Assembly (NCBI GenBank): GCA_020348925.1
Contig: CP070758.1
Location: 1,958,030-2,022,029 of the forward strand
Length of the DNA stretch: 64,000 nt
Source: Gemmatimonadota bacterium
Lineage (GTDB): Bacteria > JBHIER01 > G020348925
Reading direction: 5' to 3'
The notes beneath the pieces are model-generated. The model did no database searches and was not told the DNA's origin. It saw only the letters and a program-made list of their open reading frames with translations. The position numbers and the translations under genes were made by a program. Below are positions 1 to 10,675 of this stretch, in pieces; the stretch's first letter is position 1, and each line of letters starts with the position of its first letter.

Positions 1-287
1 CCTGCCACCGGGGTTGGCGTTTCAAGATGGAGCATTCCATTGAGATGTCCAGATTGGCCGTCGAGACCTGCTACTGGCCTCTCTTTGAAGTTGAGAACGG
101 AAAATGGAAGCTGAGCTACAAACCGAAAGAGAAACTCCCTCTGGCCGAATGGACCGAACGCCAGGGTCGATTCGCGCATCTTTCCAAGGAGGAGAACAAA
201 CACATCCTGGAGCGGGCACAACACGATGTCGACGAGCAATGGGAGGAGCTCCTGAGGCGCTGCGGTCAGGAGACCGAAAAGCAGTGA
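1..287 (+). CDS. porB: Pyruvate/2-oxoacid:ferredoxin oxidoreductase beta subunit, C-terminal part (5' truncated by window)
   Basis: Frame is open from the window start: CHRGW...RLAVETCYWPLFEVENG...QGRFAHL, typical of the PorB C-terminus. Confidence 0.8.
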   Translation, partial: CHRGWRFKMEHSIEMSRLAVETCYWPLFEVENGKWKLSYKPKEKLPLAEWTERQGRFAHLSKEENKHILERAQHDVDEQWEELLRRCGQETEKQ

Positions 288-324
288 GTCAATCCTCTCA
301 CAGAGGGAAAAGAATGGTCACCGA

Positions 325-921
325 ATGAATGCACCAAATATTCTGACTTTGTTCCGTATTGCGATTACACCGCTTTTCGTGGTCTTTCTGTTTGAAGAAG
401 GGGTGTGGCCCAAATATGCGGCCACCCTTTTTTTCTTGTGTGCGGCCCTGTCCGATTTCTTCGACGGCTATCTTGCCAGGAAGAGGGGAAGCGTGACACG
501 GCTTGGACGGTTTCTGGATCCGCTGGCCGATAAGATCCTGACATCAGCGGCCTTCATCTCATTTGCGATTTTGAAAATGGTGGCGGTGTGGATGGTTTAT
601 ATCCTGGTCGTTCGAGAAATTATTGTCACCGGCTTGCGCGTCTACTCCATTACCAGGAAAAACCCCCTTGTCACCAGCAGGTTGGCCAAGTGGAAAACGA
701 GTTGCCAGATGGCGGTCATTTTTATCATACTCCTTTTCATGAATGTACACGCCCAGCAGGCTCCCGGGATGTCGTGGCCCGCCGCACCTCACGATTGGCA
801 ATATTGGGTCATCAACGGACTTGTCCTTTTCATCACCGCTCTGGCAACGGCCACGGGAATTCATTACCTGGTGCAGAATTTCATCTTTTCGCGCAGGTCC
901 ATTGCTGAGGGGGGGTCGTGA
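325..921 (+). CDS. pgsA: CDP-diacylglycerol--glycerol-3-phosphate 3-phosphatidyltransferase
   Basis: PNILTLFRI start; CDP-alcohol phosphotransferase motif DFFDGYLAR...GRFLDPLADK. Confidence 0.95.
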   Translation: MNAPNILTLFRIAITPLFVVFLFEEGVWPKYAATLFFLCAALSDFFDGYLARKRGSVTRLGRFLDPLADKILTSAAFISFAILKMVAVWMVYILVVREIIVTGLRVYSITRKNPLVTSRLAKWKTSCQMAVIFIILLFMNVHAQQAPGMSWPAAPHDWQYWVINGLVLFITALATATGIHYLVQNFIFSRRSIAEGGS

Positions 922-1364
922 CAAAAATCGCGAAAATAGTGGCCACTGTCGCTTATGTGGGATATGCACCCATAGCTCCCGGCACGGCGGGGAGCGCGGT
1001 GGCGGCGGCCATTTATTGGGTTCTTCCTGAATTTCATAGAGGCATCCGCAGTGCCGCCGCACTATTTCTCATTCTGGTGGGCACATGGGCATCGTCCAGG
1101 GCGGAGAAAATCTACGGGCGCGACGCCTCGAGGATCGTCATCGATGAATTCGCGGGTTTTTTTATCGCTGTTCTTCTTTTGCCCAAAACACCGATCGTCG
1201 CAATTCTGGGGTTTTTCATCTTCCGCGTTTTCGACATTTTCAAACCCTTTCCCATTCGTCTTGCCGAGAAATTGAGGGGGGGCCTGGGAGTGATGGCCGA
1301 TGATGTTCTGGCAGGAATTTTCACGAATATCCTGTTACGTCTGTATCTCTGGATAGCTCTTTGA
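918..1364 (+). CDS. pgpA: Phosphatidylglycerophosphatase A
   Basis: APGTAGS, IVIDEFAG, FRVFDIFKPFPI and GVMADDVLAG motifs; overlaps pgsA stop. Confidence 0.95.
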   Translation: MTKIAKIVATVAYVGYAPIAPGTAGSAVAAAIYWVLPEFHRGIRSAAALFLILVGTWASSRAEKIYGRDASRIVIDEFAGFFIAVLLLPKTPIVAILGFFIFRVFDIFKPFPIRLAEKLRGGLGVMADDVLAGIFTNILLRLYLWIAL

Positions 1365-1368
1365 GGGA

Positions 1369-2643
1369 ATGGCAATGCAGGTCGAATTGATCACTATCGG
1401 GGACGAACTCCTTTACGGGAAAACACTGGACACGAATGCGGCTTACATGTCCGAAAATTTGGGAGCGATCGGCGTCACAGTGGTCCGCGTGACGACCGTC
1501 GGTGATACGGTCGAGCATATAGAAGAAGCCCTCCACTCGGCTGTGACCAGGGCCGATGCCGTCATCGTCACAGGGGGGTTGGGACCGACACCGGACGACC
1601 TGACGCGCCAGGCGGTAGCACAAGCCTTCGGGCGCGGGCTGGTCTTCAGGGAGGACGTCTATCGTGACATTGAGATGCGCTGGAAACGGCGGGGAAAGCC
1701 GGTGCCGGAATCGGCCCGAATCCTGGCCCACGTGCCGGAGGGGACGGAGGTGATGAAAAACGCGGTGGGCGCGGCAGCAGGTCTTAAACTGACTCATGAA
1801 AGGACGATCTTCTTTTTCCTCCCCGGTGTCCCCGATGAGATGCGCAGCATGATGGACGATTGCGTCTTGCCCTTCTTGGCCACGAAAGCGGCCGGCCGAG
1901 CCATCCGCCATAGATTGCTCAAAACGGCCGGCATCACCGAATCCGCGCTGCACGAGAAGTTACAGGGGATTGAGGGGGGGATTCAAGCCGTAAAAATTGC
2001 GTATTTGCCCCAACACTACGAGGTCCATGTCAGACTTACGGCTGACGGAACATCTGTCAAAGTGGCCGAAAACAGTCTTGCTCGGACCGAAAAGGTTGTC
2101 CGGGAACATTTGGGATATTATATTTACGGCACAGCTGATGAGTCCCTGGAAGGAGTTGTTGCAGGACTTCTTTTAGACGGAGGAATGTCGCTCTGTGTGG
2201 CCGAGTCCTGCACAGGGGGCCTTATTACTGGCAGGTTGACAGACATTCCCGGGAGTTCCAAGTTTCTCGAACGCGGAGTGATTGTCTACTCGGGGAAATC
2301 CAAAAACGAGATGCTCTCCGTATCGAAGGAAACATTGGAAACATATGGGACGGTGAGCCCGGAAACGACGAAGTGTATGGCAGAAAACGTGATGATGCTC
2401 GGCCGAACGGATCTTGGCCTGGCGGTCACAGGAATTATGGGACCATCAGGAGAAACCCCGGAAAAGCCCGCGGGCCTTGTCTATATCAGTCTGGCCCATG
2501 CGGATGGGACCTATGACAAGGAATTCCGTTTCGCGGGCGACAGGGTGACCAACAAGAACCTTGCCGCCCAGGCGGCCTTGAATGAACTGAGGCTGTTTCT
2601 CTTAAAAAATTTCAAACAGATCTCAAATCGAAGAACGCCATGA
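1369..2643 (+). CDS. cinA: Competence/damage-inducible protein CinA (MoCF-like domain plus PncC domain)
   Basis: IGDELL, GGLGPTPDDLT, LPGVP and AESCTGG motifs; upstream of recA. Confidence 0.95.
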   Translation: MAMQVELITIGDELLYGKTLDTNAAYMSENLGAIGVTVVRVTTVGDTVEHIEEALHSAVTRADAVIVTGGLGPTPDDLTRQAVAQAFGRGLVFREDVYRDIEMRWKRRGKPVPESARILAHVPEGTEVMKNAVGAAAGLKLTHERTIFFFLPGVPDEMRSMMDDCVLPFLATKAAGRAIRHRLLKTAGITESALHEKLQGIEGGIQAVKIAYLPQHYEVHVRLTADGTSVKVAENSLARTEKVVREHLGYYIYGTADESLEGVVAGLLLDGGMSLCVAESCTGGLITGRLTDIPGSSKFLERGVIVYSGKSKNEMLSVSKETLETYGTVSPETTKCMAENVMMLGRTDLGLAVTGIMGPSGETPEKPAGLVYISLAHADGTYDKEFRFAGDRVTNKNLAAQAALNELRLFLLKNFKQISNRRTP

Positions 2644-2665
2644 TTCTGAGAGAACGGCTGAAGAA

Positions 2666-3226
2666 ATGAAAAAAATCAGGACATTTGTGGCTGTTGAGAT
2701 GCCGGAGGATGTGCGGCAACAATTCAAAGAGGTTCAGACCACATTGCGGGGGGCCGATGCCCACGTCAAATGGGTGGAGCCGCACAATATTCACCTGACG
2801 CTCAAATTTTTAGGCGACATCACGGAGAACCAACTGGAAACCCTCTGTCAGGGAGTGACCGAAGGCGTGCAAGGGATAACCCCTTTTGAAATCAACCTCT
2901 CCCGGCTCGGTGCTTTCCCGAACCTCAAAAGACCTCGAGTTATCTGGATCGGTGTTGAGGACGGAAAAGAGGAGATGATCCGGCTTCAGCAACAACTGGA
3001 GGAGTCGATTTTCAATCACGGTTTTCCCAAGGAGGATCGCAAATTCTCACCGCACTTGACCATTGGCAGGGTGAAGTCGCCTCGCGGTCTCGACGATCTC
3101 GTCACCATTATGAAAGATACTCCTTTCGAATCGAATTCCATTGAAATAAGAGAGGTGGTTGTGATGAAGAGCACATTAACCCCTGAGGGGCCGATCTACA
3201 CTCCGCTGAGAAGGATCGGTCCATGA
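2666..3226 (+). CDS. thpR: RNA 2',3'-cyclic phosphodiesterase (2H family)
   Basis: Two HxT motifs (HLTLKFLG, PHLTIGR); cinA-thpR-recA synteny. Confidence 0.93.
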   Translation: MKKIRTFVAVEMPEDVRQQFKEVQTTLRGADAHVKWVEPHNIHLTLKFLGDITENQLETLCQGVTEGVQGITPFEINLSRLGAFPNLKRPRVIWIGVEDGKEEMIRLQQQLEESIFNHGFPKEDRKFSPHLTIGRVKSPRGLDDLVTIMKDTPFESNSIEIREVVVMKSTLTPEGPIYTPLRRIGP

Positions 3227-3244
3227 AAGGTAGGTGATTGACGA

Positions 3245-4297
3245 ATGGCTGGGGAAAGTACGAGTGAAAAAATCAAAGCCCTCGACCTGGCGGTCACCCA
3301 GATCGAGAAACAGTTCGGCAAAGGAGCCGTCATGCGGTTGGGGGACGAGACGGCACGTGTGCCTATTGAGGCAATTCCTACCGGGTCGCTGGCCTTGGAC
3401 GCCGCTCTGGGCATCGGCGGTGTCCCCAGAGGGAGGGTCATCGAGATCTTCGGGCCCGAAGCCTCGGGTAAAACCACTCTGGCGTATCATATCGTTGCAG
3501 AGGCACAAAAGCGGAATGGTATCGCCGCTTTTATCGACGTGGAGCACGCCGTTGACGCCGACTACGCCCAAAAGGTCGGCGTCGATATCGAAAATCTCCT
3601 CATTTCTCAACCGGATACCGGTGAACAGGCCCTCGAGATCGCCGAGACCCTCGTGCGCAGCGGCGCTATCGACATCTTTGTGGTCGACTCCGTGGCGGCC
3701 CTTGTCCCGCGAGCCGAAATTGAGGGGGAAATGGGGGAGTCCCATATGGGCCTTCAGGCCCGACTCATGTCCCAGGCCCTCAGGAAACTGACCGCCGTCA
3801 TCAGTCGGTCCAAGACGTGCGCCATCTTTACAAACCAGATCCGAGAGAAGATCGGTGTCATGTTCGGCAACCCGGAAGTGACCCCAGGCGGCCGGGCCAT
3901 GAAGTTCTACTCGACAATTCGTCTGGATATCCGGAGAATCGCCGCCATCAAGGAGGGCCAGGAGGTGAAGGGAAGCCGCACCAAGGTCAAGGTGGTCAAG
4001 AACAAAGTGGCCCCACCCTTTAAAGAAGCCCAGTTCGATATCATCTACGGCGAGGGTATCTCGAAGGAAGGTGATATCCTCGACCTGGGGGTGGCCCACG
4101 AAATTGTCGAAAAGAGCGGGACGTGGTTCTCCTTTGAGGGCGATCGATTGGGGCAAGGGCGTGAGAGCGTCAAGAATTTCCTCAAGGAGAATCAGGATAT
4201 CACCGAGGAGATCGAGAAGAGGGTGCGGGAAAAGCTGCATCTTTCGACGAAAGTGGCAGCTCTGGGGGAGAAAGGAGCCGAATCGAAAAAGGATTAA
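3245..4297 (+). CDS. recA: Recombinase A
   Basis: GPEASGKTT Walker [31 protein letters not shown]. Confidence 0.99.
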   Translation: MAGESTSEKIKALDLAVTQIEKQFGKGAVMRLGDETARVPIEAIPTGSLALDAALGIGGVPRGRVIEIFGPEASGKTTLAYHIVAEAQKRNGIAAFIDVEHAVDADYAQKVGVDIENLLISQPDTGEQALEIAETLVRSGAIDIFVVDSVAALVPRAEIEGEMGESHMGLQARLMSQALRKLTAVISRSKTCAIFTNQIREKIGVMFGNPEVTPGGRAMKFYSTIRLDIRRIAAIKEGQEVKGSRTKVKVVKNKVAPPFKEAQFDIIYGEGISKEGDILDLGVAHEIVEKSGTWFSFEGDRLGQGRESVKNFLKENQDITEEIEKRVREKLHLSTKVAALGEKGAESKKD

Positions 4298-4300
4298 GCC

Positions 4301-4942
4301 GTGGGCCGAGGAGGTGTCATCACCAAGATCGAAGTCCAGAAGAGATCTCCGGACCGGAGGTCGATCTTCATCGACAACGCTTTTGCCTTCGGGTTGGCCG
4401 AGGAGATCGTCGTTAAAAACAAACTGAGAGTCGGGCTGGATCTCACGGATGATCACATCGAAAGGCTGCTTTTAAACGAAGAGGAAAAAAAGGCCAGGGA
4501 ATATGTGTTCAATCTCCTCTCGTATCGCGATCGAAGCTGTCGAGAGGTGAGAGATCGGTTGCAAGACAAGGGGTACGACGCAGACATCATTGACAGGGTT
4601 GTTCAAGCACTGAAACGGTCTCATCTGTTGGACGATGAACGATTTGCGCTGGAATGGGGCAGAAACCGTCTCATGAAAAATCCCATGGGGGCCAGACTGT
4701 TGAGCCAGGAGCTCTGGAAGAAGGGCATCCCTCAAGGGATTATTGACCGTGCCATCGAGCATCTCTACGATGAGATGGATGAAGTCCGGTTGGCGACATC
4801 GGCCATTGAGAACCGCAGAGCGAGGTATAAAGAGCTGGAGTCACACAAAGCTTACAAGCGCCTGTCCGATTTCCTCGCCAGGAGAGGATTCTCCTGGGAT
4901 GTCGTCCGTGAAGTCCTGCAGGAATTTGAACACGAAAACTGA
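4301..4942 (+). CDS. recX: Regulatory protein RecX
   Basis: LLSYRDRS, LLDDERFA, LARRGF; directly after recA. Confidence 0.92.
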   Translation: MGRGGVITKIEVQKRSPDRRSIFIDNAFAFGLAEEIVVKNKLRVGLDLTDDHIERLLLNEEEKKAREYVFNLLSYRDRSCREVRDRLQDKGYDADIIDRVVQALKRSHLLDDERFALEWGRNRLMKNPMGARLLSQELWKKGIPQGIIDRAIEHLYDEMDEVRLATSAIENRRARYKELESHKAYKRLSDFLARRGFSWDVVREVLQEFEHEN

Positions 4943-4957
4943 TGATTGGAATGTGCT

Positions 4958-7606
4958 ATGACCAGCAGTGAGATCCGACAATCATTTCTCGATTTTTTTG
5001 CAAAGAAAGACCACAAGATTTTACCCAGCGCCCCTGTCATTCCTGAGGCTGATCCCACACTTCTCTTCACCAACGCCGGTATGAATCAATTCAAGGATAT
5101 CTTCCTTGGCATGGCCAAGAGAACGCACACACGAGTGGCCAATACGCAAAAATGCATCCGGGTTTCGGGCAAACATAATGATTTGGAAGAGGTCGGCCGT
5201 GATACGTATCACCACACCTTCTTTGAGATGCTTGGGAACTGGTCCTTCGGCGATTACTACAAGGAGGAGGCTATTCTGTGGGCCTGGGAGCTGCTCACTG
5301 AGGTGTGGAGATTACCCAAAGAAAAACTGTGGGCCACGGTTTTCCGTGAGGACGACGAAGCGGCCAGGCTGTGGACCAGGGTGACCGACATTCCCGCCGA
5401 TCGCGTCCTCCGATTTGATGAGAAGGACAATTTCTGGGAGATGGGCGAAGTCGGGCCCTGCGGACCGTGTTCGGAGATACATTTCGACAGAGGTGAAGCA
5501 TTCTGCGATGCCGAGGATCCGGATCACACCTGCGGTGTCAACAGCGGGTGCGCCCGTTATATCGAGCTCTGGAATCTGGTCTTTATCCAATATAACCGCG
5601 ACGAAAGCGGGACACAGTCTGAGCTTCCTGCGAAGCACGTCGACACAGGAGCCGGTTTCGAACGTATCGTTTCAGTCCTGGAGAACAGCACCTCCAATTA
5701 CGACACGGATCTTTTCCGCCCGATCACGGATGAGATTTCCGATATCACCGGCAAGAGTTACGCCGACGGGCAGACTGAAAGCGACGTGGCTTTCCGCGTT
5801 CTGTCAGATCACGTGCGGGCCTTATCCTTCGCCATTGCGGATGGGGCCATGCCATCGAATGAAGGGCGCGGGTACGTATTACGGCGAATATTGCGGCGAG
5901 GGGCGCGGTTCGGACGCATCCTCGATATGCACGAACCTTTCATCTATCGCTTGGTCTCCCCTCTGGTTGACGTCATGGGGCAGGCCTTTCCTGAAATCAA
6001 AGAGCGCCATCAGCATATTGCTCGTGTCATCCAGGCTGAGGAGGAGAACTTCGGTCGGACCCTGGACCGGGGTATCGCCATTTTTGAGGAGCGCGCACAG
6101 AAAGTGCTCCAGGCCGGAAAAACCGTCTTCCCCGGAGAAGATGCCTTTCTCCTTCATGACACCTACGGATTTCCCCTCGATTTGACCCAGCTCATGGCCA
6201 GGGAGAAGGGACTGACAGTCGATGAGAATACCTTTGAGAGCGACATGGAACGACAGAAGGAATTGTCAAAGAAAGGGCAAAAAGAGATCATTCAGGTGAC
6301 TTCAGAGACTCCCATACAGTCGCAGGAATTCGTTGGTTACGACAATATTGAATCTGAAGCCGAAGTAATCCTGATGAGCAAAGGGAATGCCTTCGTCGAA
6401 GAAGCCCATCAGGGCGAGGAAGTCGATATTGAATTGGACAACACGCCCTTCTACGGTGAATACGGTGGTCAGGTTGGTGACACAGGAACCTTATCTGCGG
6501 AAGGATTGGAGGTCGAGATCATTGATGCGCAGCGAGCTGGCAAAGATCGAATCGTTCATCAGGGCAGAATCAAAAACGGCCAGCTGCAGAAGGGTCGGAA
6601 GGTGTTGGCTACTGTTGATTTAAGTCGAAGAAAAGCCATCGCCCGCAATCACACAGCCACCCACCTGCTGCAAGCGGCCCTGCGGCACGTTTTAGGGGAT
6701 CATATCTCCCAGGCCGGTTCTCTTGTCGCTCCCGACCGTCTTCGCTTCGATTTCACCCACTACGCTGCCATGACCGATGAGGAAATTGAACAGGTGGAAT
6801 CTATCGTCAACAGGAGGATCATTGAAAATCTGCCTGTATCCACAACCATTAAGGACTTCGATGAGGCAAAAAAGGGGGGAGCGATTGCTCTTTTCGGAGA
6901 AAAGTACGACGAGCATGTCCGCGTCGTAGAAGCCGGCGATTTCAGTGCGGAATTGTGCGGTGGAACACACGTGGGAGCTACTGGTGAAATAGGCCTTTTT
7001 CTCATCACGTCGGAGAGCGCTGTTGCTGCCGGCGTGCGGCGTATTGAAGCGCTCACCGGAGAGGGCGCCTATCTGTTTTCGAAAAAGCGCAACACCGACT
7101 TAGAAATTGTTGCCAGACTCTTAAAAGCGAACCCCTCCGATGTGAAAAATCGAGTTGAAAAAATAATTCGACACCAGAAGGAGCTTGAGGACGAAGTTCA
7201 AAAGCTTCGTCTCAAGCAGAGTGATCTCTTTTTCGAGGATCTTATCAACAGGGCAGTAGAACTTGAAGGGATAAAAATAGCGACTGCTGAGGTCGAGACG
7301 CAGGATATCGATTCCTTGCGCAAGATGGCCGATATATTGAGGGACAAACTGGGCTCCGGGGTCGGTGTCCTGGGAACCGCATTCGGTGAAAAGGTCACAT
7401 TTATCGTCGTCGTGACGGACAATGTGATTCGTGAACGCGGATTGAAAGCCGGGGAGATTGTGAAGAGAGTGGCAAAAATAACTGGCGGTGGTGGAGGGGG
7501 GAAAGACCGTCTGGCGCAAGCGGGGGGAAAAGATCCTGCGAAGTTGAAGGAGGCTCTGTCTCAAGCACCGGCTATCGTTAAAGAAATGTTGGACGGGAAC
7601 CGATGA
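4958..7606 (+). CDS. alaS: Alanine--tRNA ligase
   Basis: DPTLLFTNAGMNQFK, HHTFFEMLGN, editing motifs HTATH and ELCGGTH, C-terminal GGGGGG DHHA1 domain. Confidence 0.99.
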   Translation: MTSSEIRQSFLDFFAKKDHKILPSAPVIPEADPTLLFTNAGMNQFKDIFLGMAKRTHTRVANTQKCIRVSGKHNDLEEVGRDTYHHTFFEMLGNWSFGDYYKEEAILWAWELLTEVWRLPKEKLWATVFREDDEAARLWTRVTDIPADRVLRFDEKDNFWEMGEVGPCGPCSEIHFDRGEAFCDAEDPDHTCGVNSGCARYIELWNLVFIQYNRDESGTQSELPAKHVDTGAGFERIVSVLENSTSNYDTDLFRPITDEISDITGKSYADGQTESDVAFRVLSDHVRALSFAIADGAMPSNEGRGYVLRRILRRGARFGRILDMHEPFIYRLVSPLVDVMGQAFPEIKERHQHIARVIQAEEENFGRTLDRGIAIFEERAQKVLQAGKTVFPGEDAFLLHDTYGFPLDLTQLMAREKGLTVDENTFESDMERQKELSKKGQKEIIQVTSETPIQSQEFVGYDNIESEAEVILMSKGNAFVEEAHQGEEVDIELDNTPFYGEYGGQVGDTGTLSAEGLEVEIIDAQRAGKDRIVHQGRIKNGQLQKGRKVLATVDLSRRKAIARNHTATHLLQAALRHVLGDHISQAGSLVAPDRLRFDFTHYAAMTDEEIEQVESIVNRRIIENLPVSTTIKDFDEAKKGGAIALFGEKYDEHVRVVEAGDFSAELCGGTHVGATGEIGLFLITSESAVAAGVRRIEALTGEGAYLFSKKRNTDLEIVARLLKANPSDVKNRVEKIIRHQKELEDEVQKLRLKQSDLFFEDLINRAVELEGIKIATAEVETQDIDSLRKMADILRDKLGSGVGVLGTAFGEKVTFIVVVTDNVIRERGLKAGEIVKRVAKITGGGGGGKDRLAQAGGKDPAKLKEALSQAPAIVKEMLDGNR

Positions 7607-7726
7607 AACTGACTCGGTTACGGTTACGATGCCCGTATCGTTTAACGGTTGCGTATATCTTCTTCTTCCACTCACGTAACCTTAACCCGTACCGAAACGG
7701 GATTCGTTACCCTAACCGTAAAACGA
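7606..7726. repeat. Degenerate hexamer (CGTAAC/GTTACG-type) inverted repeat tract
   Basis: ggttacggttacg ... cgtaaccttaacccgtaccg ... cgttaccctaaccgtaa; similar tracts at about 19098-19160 and 35310-35340. Confidence 0.5.
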
Positions 7727-7739
7727 TAAGGAAATCCGT

Positions 7740-8483
7740 ATGTCGGTATATCAGTATTTAATGGGCGTGGTCGCGGAGAAAGGAGCAGGATATCTGCCGC
7801 TTCTGGATCCGGATCGGTTGGAAGGGACAAGATTGGTCCGGATGGCGGTTCATTTGGAAAACGTCGGGGTTGATGCGTTGTTGATCGGCAGCAGTCTTCT
7901 TCTCTCTCCCAGCATCGATTCGATCATAAAGGATATGAAGCAGGAAATCAAGATTCCTGTAATAATTTTCCCCGGCAGTTTGAATCAGGTTTCTCCATAT
8001 GCCGATGCGATACTTTTCCTCTCTCTCATAAGTGGGCGCAATCCCGACCGCCTCATTGGAGATCAGGTCAAAGCGGCACCGGCCATCAAGGAGTACGGCA
8101 TCGAACCCATACCCACGGGTTACATGCTCATCGAATCGGGGCGATTGACATCGGTTCAGTTCATGAGCAATACCGTCCCGATCCCCAGGGATAAGCCTGA
8201 CATCGCCGTCGCTCACGCCCTGGCAGCCGAATATCTGGGTATGAAGATGATATATCTGGAAGCCGGGAGCGGTGCCGAACAATCGATCCCCGTTGAGACC
8301 ATTTCCTCGGTGAAAGATTACGTCTCCATTCCTCTTATCGTCGGAGGGGGAATCCGGACCCCTGAATGCGCCGCAGAAAAAGTAAAAGCCGTGGCTTCCT
8401 TAATCGTCACGGGAAATATTTTGGAAAAAGAGTGCGGTCTCGAGCGCGTCCAGGAGTTCTGTTCCGTCATCCATTTCCGGTAA
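7740..8483 (+). CDS. Geranylgeranylglyceryl/heptaprenylglyceryl phosphate synthase (GGGPS/PcrB family, group II-like)
   Basis: LLDPD, SLISGRNP, PTGYMLIESG, YLEAGSGA, VGGGIR. Confidence 0.92.
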   Translation: MSVYQYLMGVVAEKGAGYLPLLDPDRLEGTRLVRMAVHLENVGVDALLIGSSLLLSPSIDSIIKDMKQEIKIPVIIFPGSLNQVSPYADAILFLSLISGRNPDRLIGDQVKAAPAIKEYGIEPIPTGYMLIESGRLTSVQFMSNTVPIPRDKPDIAVAHALAAEYLGMKMIYLEAGSGAEQSIPVETISSVKDYVSIPLIVGGGIRTPECAAEKVKAVASLIVTGNILEKECGLERVQEFCSVIHFR

Positions 8484-8507
8484 ACCAAATTCAGGATAAC
8501 ACATGAC

Positions 8508-9110
8508 ATGTCAAAGGAATTTCAAACAACCGACTTGATCAAAACCCAACTTGAGGAAAGTGGGGCCCTGAAGAAAGCGATAGCCGAAACCATGCTCGAA
8601 AAGATAGCCGGAATCGCTGAGGTGCTCGTTCAGTGCTTAAAAGACGGCCACACTATTTTTCTCTGCGGAAACGGCGGCAGTGCTGCCGATGCCCAACATA
8701 TTGCCGGCGAGCTCTCGTGCCGATTGAGGATCGAGCGGGATGGCCTCTCGGCTTTCGCTCTGACGACAAATCCTTCCGTCCTGACCGCCCTGGCCAACGA
8801 CTATTCGTACAATGAGGTCTTCTCCCGACAGGTGAAGGCACTCGCTCACAGTGGCGATTGTCTCATAGGCATCAGTACCAGCGGTACCTCGGAAAGCATA
8901 AATCTGGCCGTGAAACAGGCAAGGAACATAGGCGTGACGACCATCGGTCTGACGGGTCGAGGGGGGGGAACACTTGCGGGTCTCGTGGACTATGCCCTGG
9001 TCATACCCAGCCATGATACGCAGCGGATACAGGAGGCCCACATCACTATAGGCCACATTTTCTGCGACGTGATCGAGCGGGAGCTCTTTCCTCAGGAGGG
9101 CATTGCCTAA
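8508..9110 (+). CDS. gmhA: Phosphoheptose isomerase (SIS domain)
   Basis: CGNGGSAADAQH, LTALANDY, ISTSGTS, RIQEAH. Confidence 0.93.
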   Translation: MSKEFQTTDLIKTQLEESGALKKAIAETMLEKIAGIAEVLVQCLKDGHTIFLCGNGGSAADAQHIAGELSCRLRIERDGLSAFALTTNPSVLTALANDYSYNEVFSRQVKALAHSGDCLIGISTSGTSESINLAVKQARNIGVTTIGLTGRGGGTLAGLVDYALVIPSHDTQRIQEAHITIGHIFCDVIERELFPQEGIA

Positions 9111-9205
9111 GAGGGTAAGATTTTTTCAGACTCTTTTCTCTGAATCTACGAGATTATTCAATGATAGCAAAAGGCCCGCTTCGGCAAAAGCATAAGGGAG
9201 ATTAC

Positions 9206-9437
9206 ACCCCCCTATATCCCCCCTTAATAGGGGGGACATTCTTGAAGTTTCTATTTCTCTAAAAAATCTCACAAGTGCTCTTTTTTGGAGAAAACAATAA
9301 ATGATAAATCTCAAGTATCAGGGGGAACCGCCCACGAAACGTCCATCTTCCAGAAAGGATCACACACCAAAAGTCCACATTATGAAAAAGGACCACTTAA
9401 CGGAAGTCCCCCTTATGAAAGGGGGATTTAGGGGGTT
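9206..9437. repeat. Inverted pair of CCCCCT..AGGGGG palindromic repeats
   Basis: acccccctatatccccccttaataggggggac (9206-9237) and the opposite-orientation copy gtcccccttatgaaagggggatttagggggtt (9406-9437). Confidence 0.7.
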
Positions 9438-9505
9438 GTTCAAAAAGCCGTCAGTGAATTTCATGAAAGATAAAAAAGCATAGCAGTGGGGACTCAAGGT
9501 GTCAG

Positions 9506-10675
9506 ATGCGAATCGATGACGAACACTATCAGCAGCGCTTAAACCTGCTGAACGAATGCGGTTTGGTCGGCAAATCCGGGAAGCTGCACGAAATCGCTGA
9601 AACCATTCTCCAGGTAGCCCCGACGAATGTCACTGTCCTCATCATAGGTGAAAGTGGAACGGGTAAGGAGCTCATCGCCCAGGGTATACATAAACATAGT
9701 CCTCGCCGGTTCAAACCGTTCATTGCCGTCAACTGTGGGGCTTTGGCCGAAGGAGTCCTCGAGAGCGAGCTTTTCGGCCACGAAAAGGGTGCGTTCACCG
9801 GAGCAGCCGCCCGAAGAAAAGGGGTTTTCGAGCTGGCAAATGGAGGGACAATACTCCTCGACGAAGTAGGCGAAATGTCATTCGCGACCCAGGTGAAATT
9901 ATTGAGGGTGCTTGAAGAAAAAGAGTTCATGCGGGTGGGTGGCACCGAATACATACAGGTTGACGTGCGGGTTATTGCCTCGACGAACAAAAATCTTGCC
10001 TCGGCCGTGGAGGGTGGGGAATTCCGACGTGATCTCTACTATCGCTTGAAAGTGGTGGAGATTCAGGTGCCTCCGCTTCGTGCCAGGAGAGAGGACATTC
10101 CTCTGTTTGTCGATACCTTCGTCACGCAGTTTGCCAGGGAAAACTCCATCGAGTTCCCGGGTATAACCGAGGAGGCGATGCAGATCCTAATAAATTACGC
10201 TTGGCCGGGTAATGTCAGAGAATTGAAGAATCTTATAGAAAGTATGGTTGTTCTCTCCCCGAAGCGGAAGATCGACGCCGACGATATCCCTCTCTATCTG
10301 ACTGGACCGGAGGAGCCGGTTCGACATCTGCCGGTCAGGTTGGATAAGACGCCCGATCAGGCAGAACGAGAAGTTATTCTGAGAGCACTATGGGCCTTGA
10401 AAAATGAAGTCTCCGAAATGAGAGATACCATTCTTGATAAGTTGGACGCCCACGCTATCAAAGAAGCGCCTTTTGTGGAGCGAGACGATGGTCCCCTCGA
10501 CGTGTCTTCGAAAGAAATCTCCTTTGATGTCGGCACTCCCATGAACGATGTGGAACGTGAAATGATTACCCGGACACTCCTGGAGGCAAAAGGTAACCGC
10601 CGGAAAGCGGCAAAAATGCTCGGCATGAGTGAAAGAACCTTCTATCGAAGGCTTCAAAAGTACGATCTCTCCTGA
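9506..10675 (+). CDS. Sigma54-dependent transcriptional activator (AAA+ plus Fis HTH, no sensor domain)
   Basis: [34 protein letters not shown]-terminal [19 protein letters not shown]. Confidence 0.95.
   Translation: MRIDDEHYQQRLNLLNECGLVGKSGKLHEIAETILQVAPTNVTVLIIGESGTGKELIAQGIHKHSPRRFKPFIAVNCGALAEGVLESELFGHEKGAFTGAAARRKGVFELANGGTILLDEVGEMSFATQVKLLRVLEEKEFMRVGGTEYIQVDVRVIASTNKNLASAVEGGEFRRDLYYRLKVVEIQVPPLRARREDIPLFVDTFVTQFARENSIEFPGITEEAMQILINYAWPGNVRELKNLIESMVVLSPKRKIDADDIPLYLTGPEEPVRHLPVRLDKTPDQAEREVILRALWALKNEVSEMRDTILDKLDAHAIKEAPFVERDDGPLDVSSKEISFDVGTPMNDVEREMITRTLLEAKGNRRKAAKMLGMSERTFYRRLQKYDLS

Noticed and set aside
3176-4456. Long antisense ORFs over recA and other genes (e.g. 40467-41375, 45137-46069, 54974-55837)
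   Set aside because: Shadow ORFs arising from codon bias opposite well-supported genes
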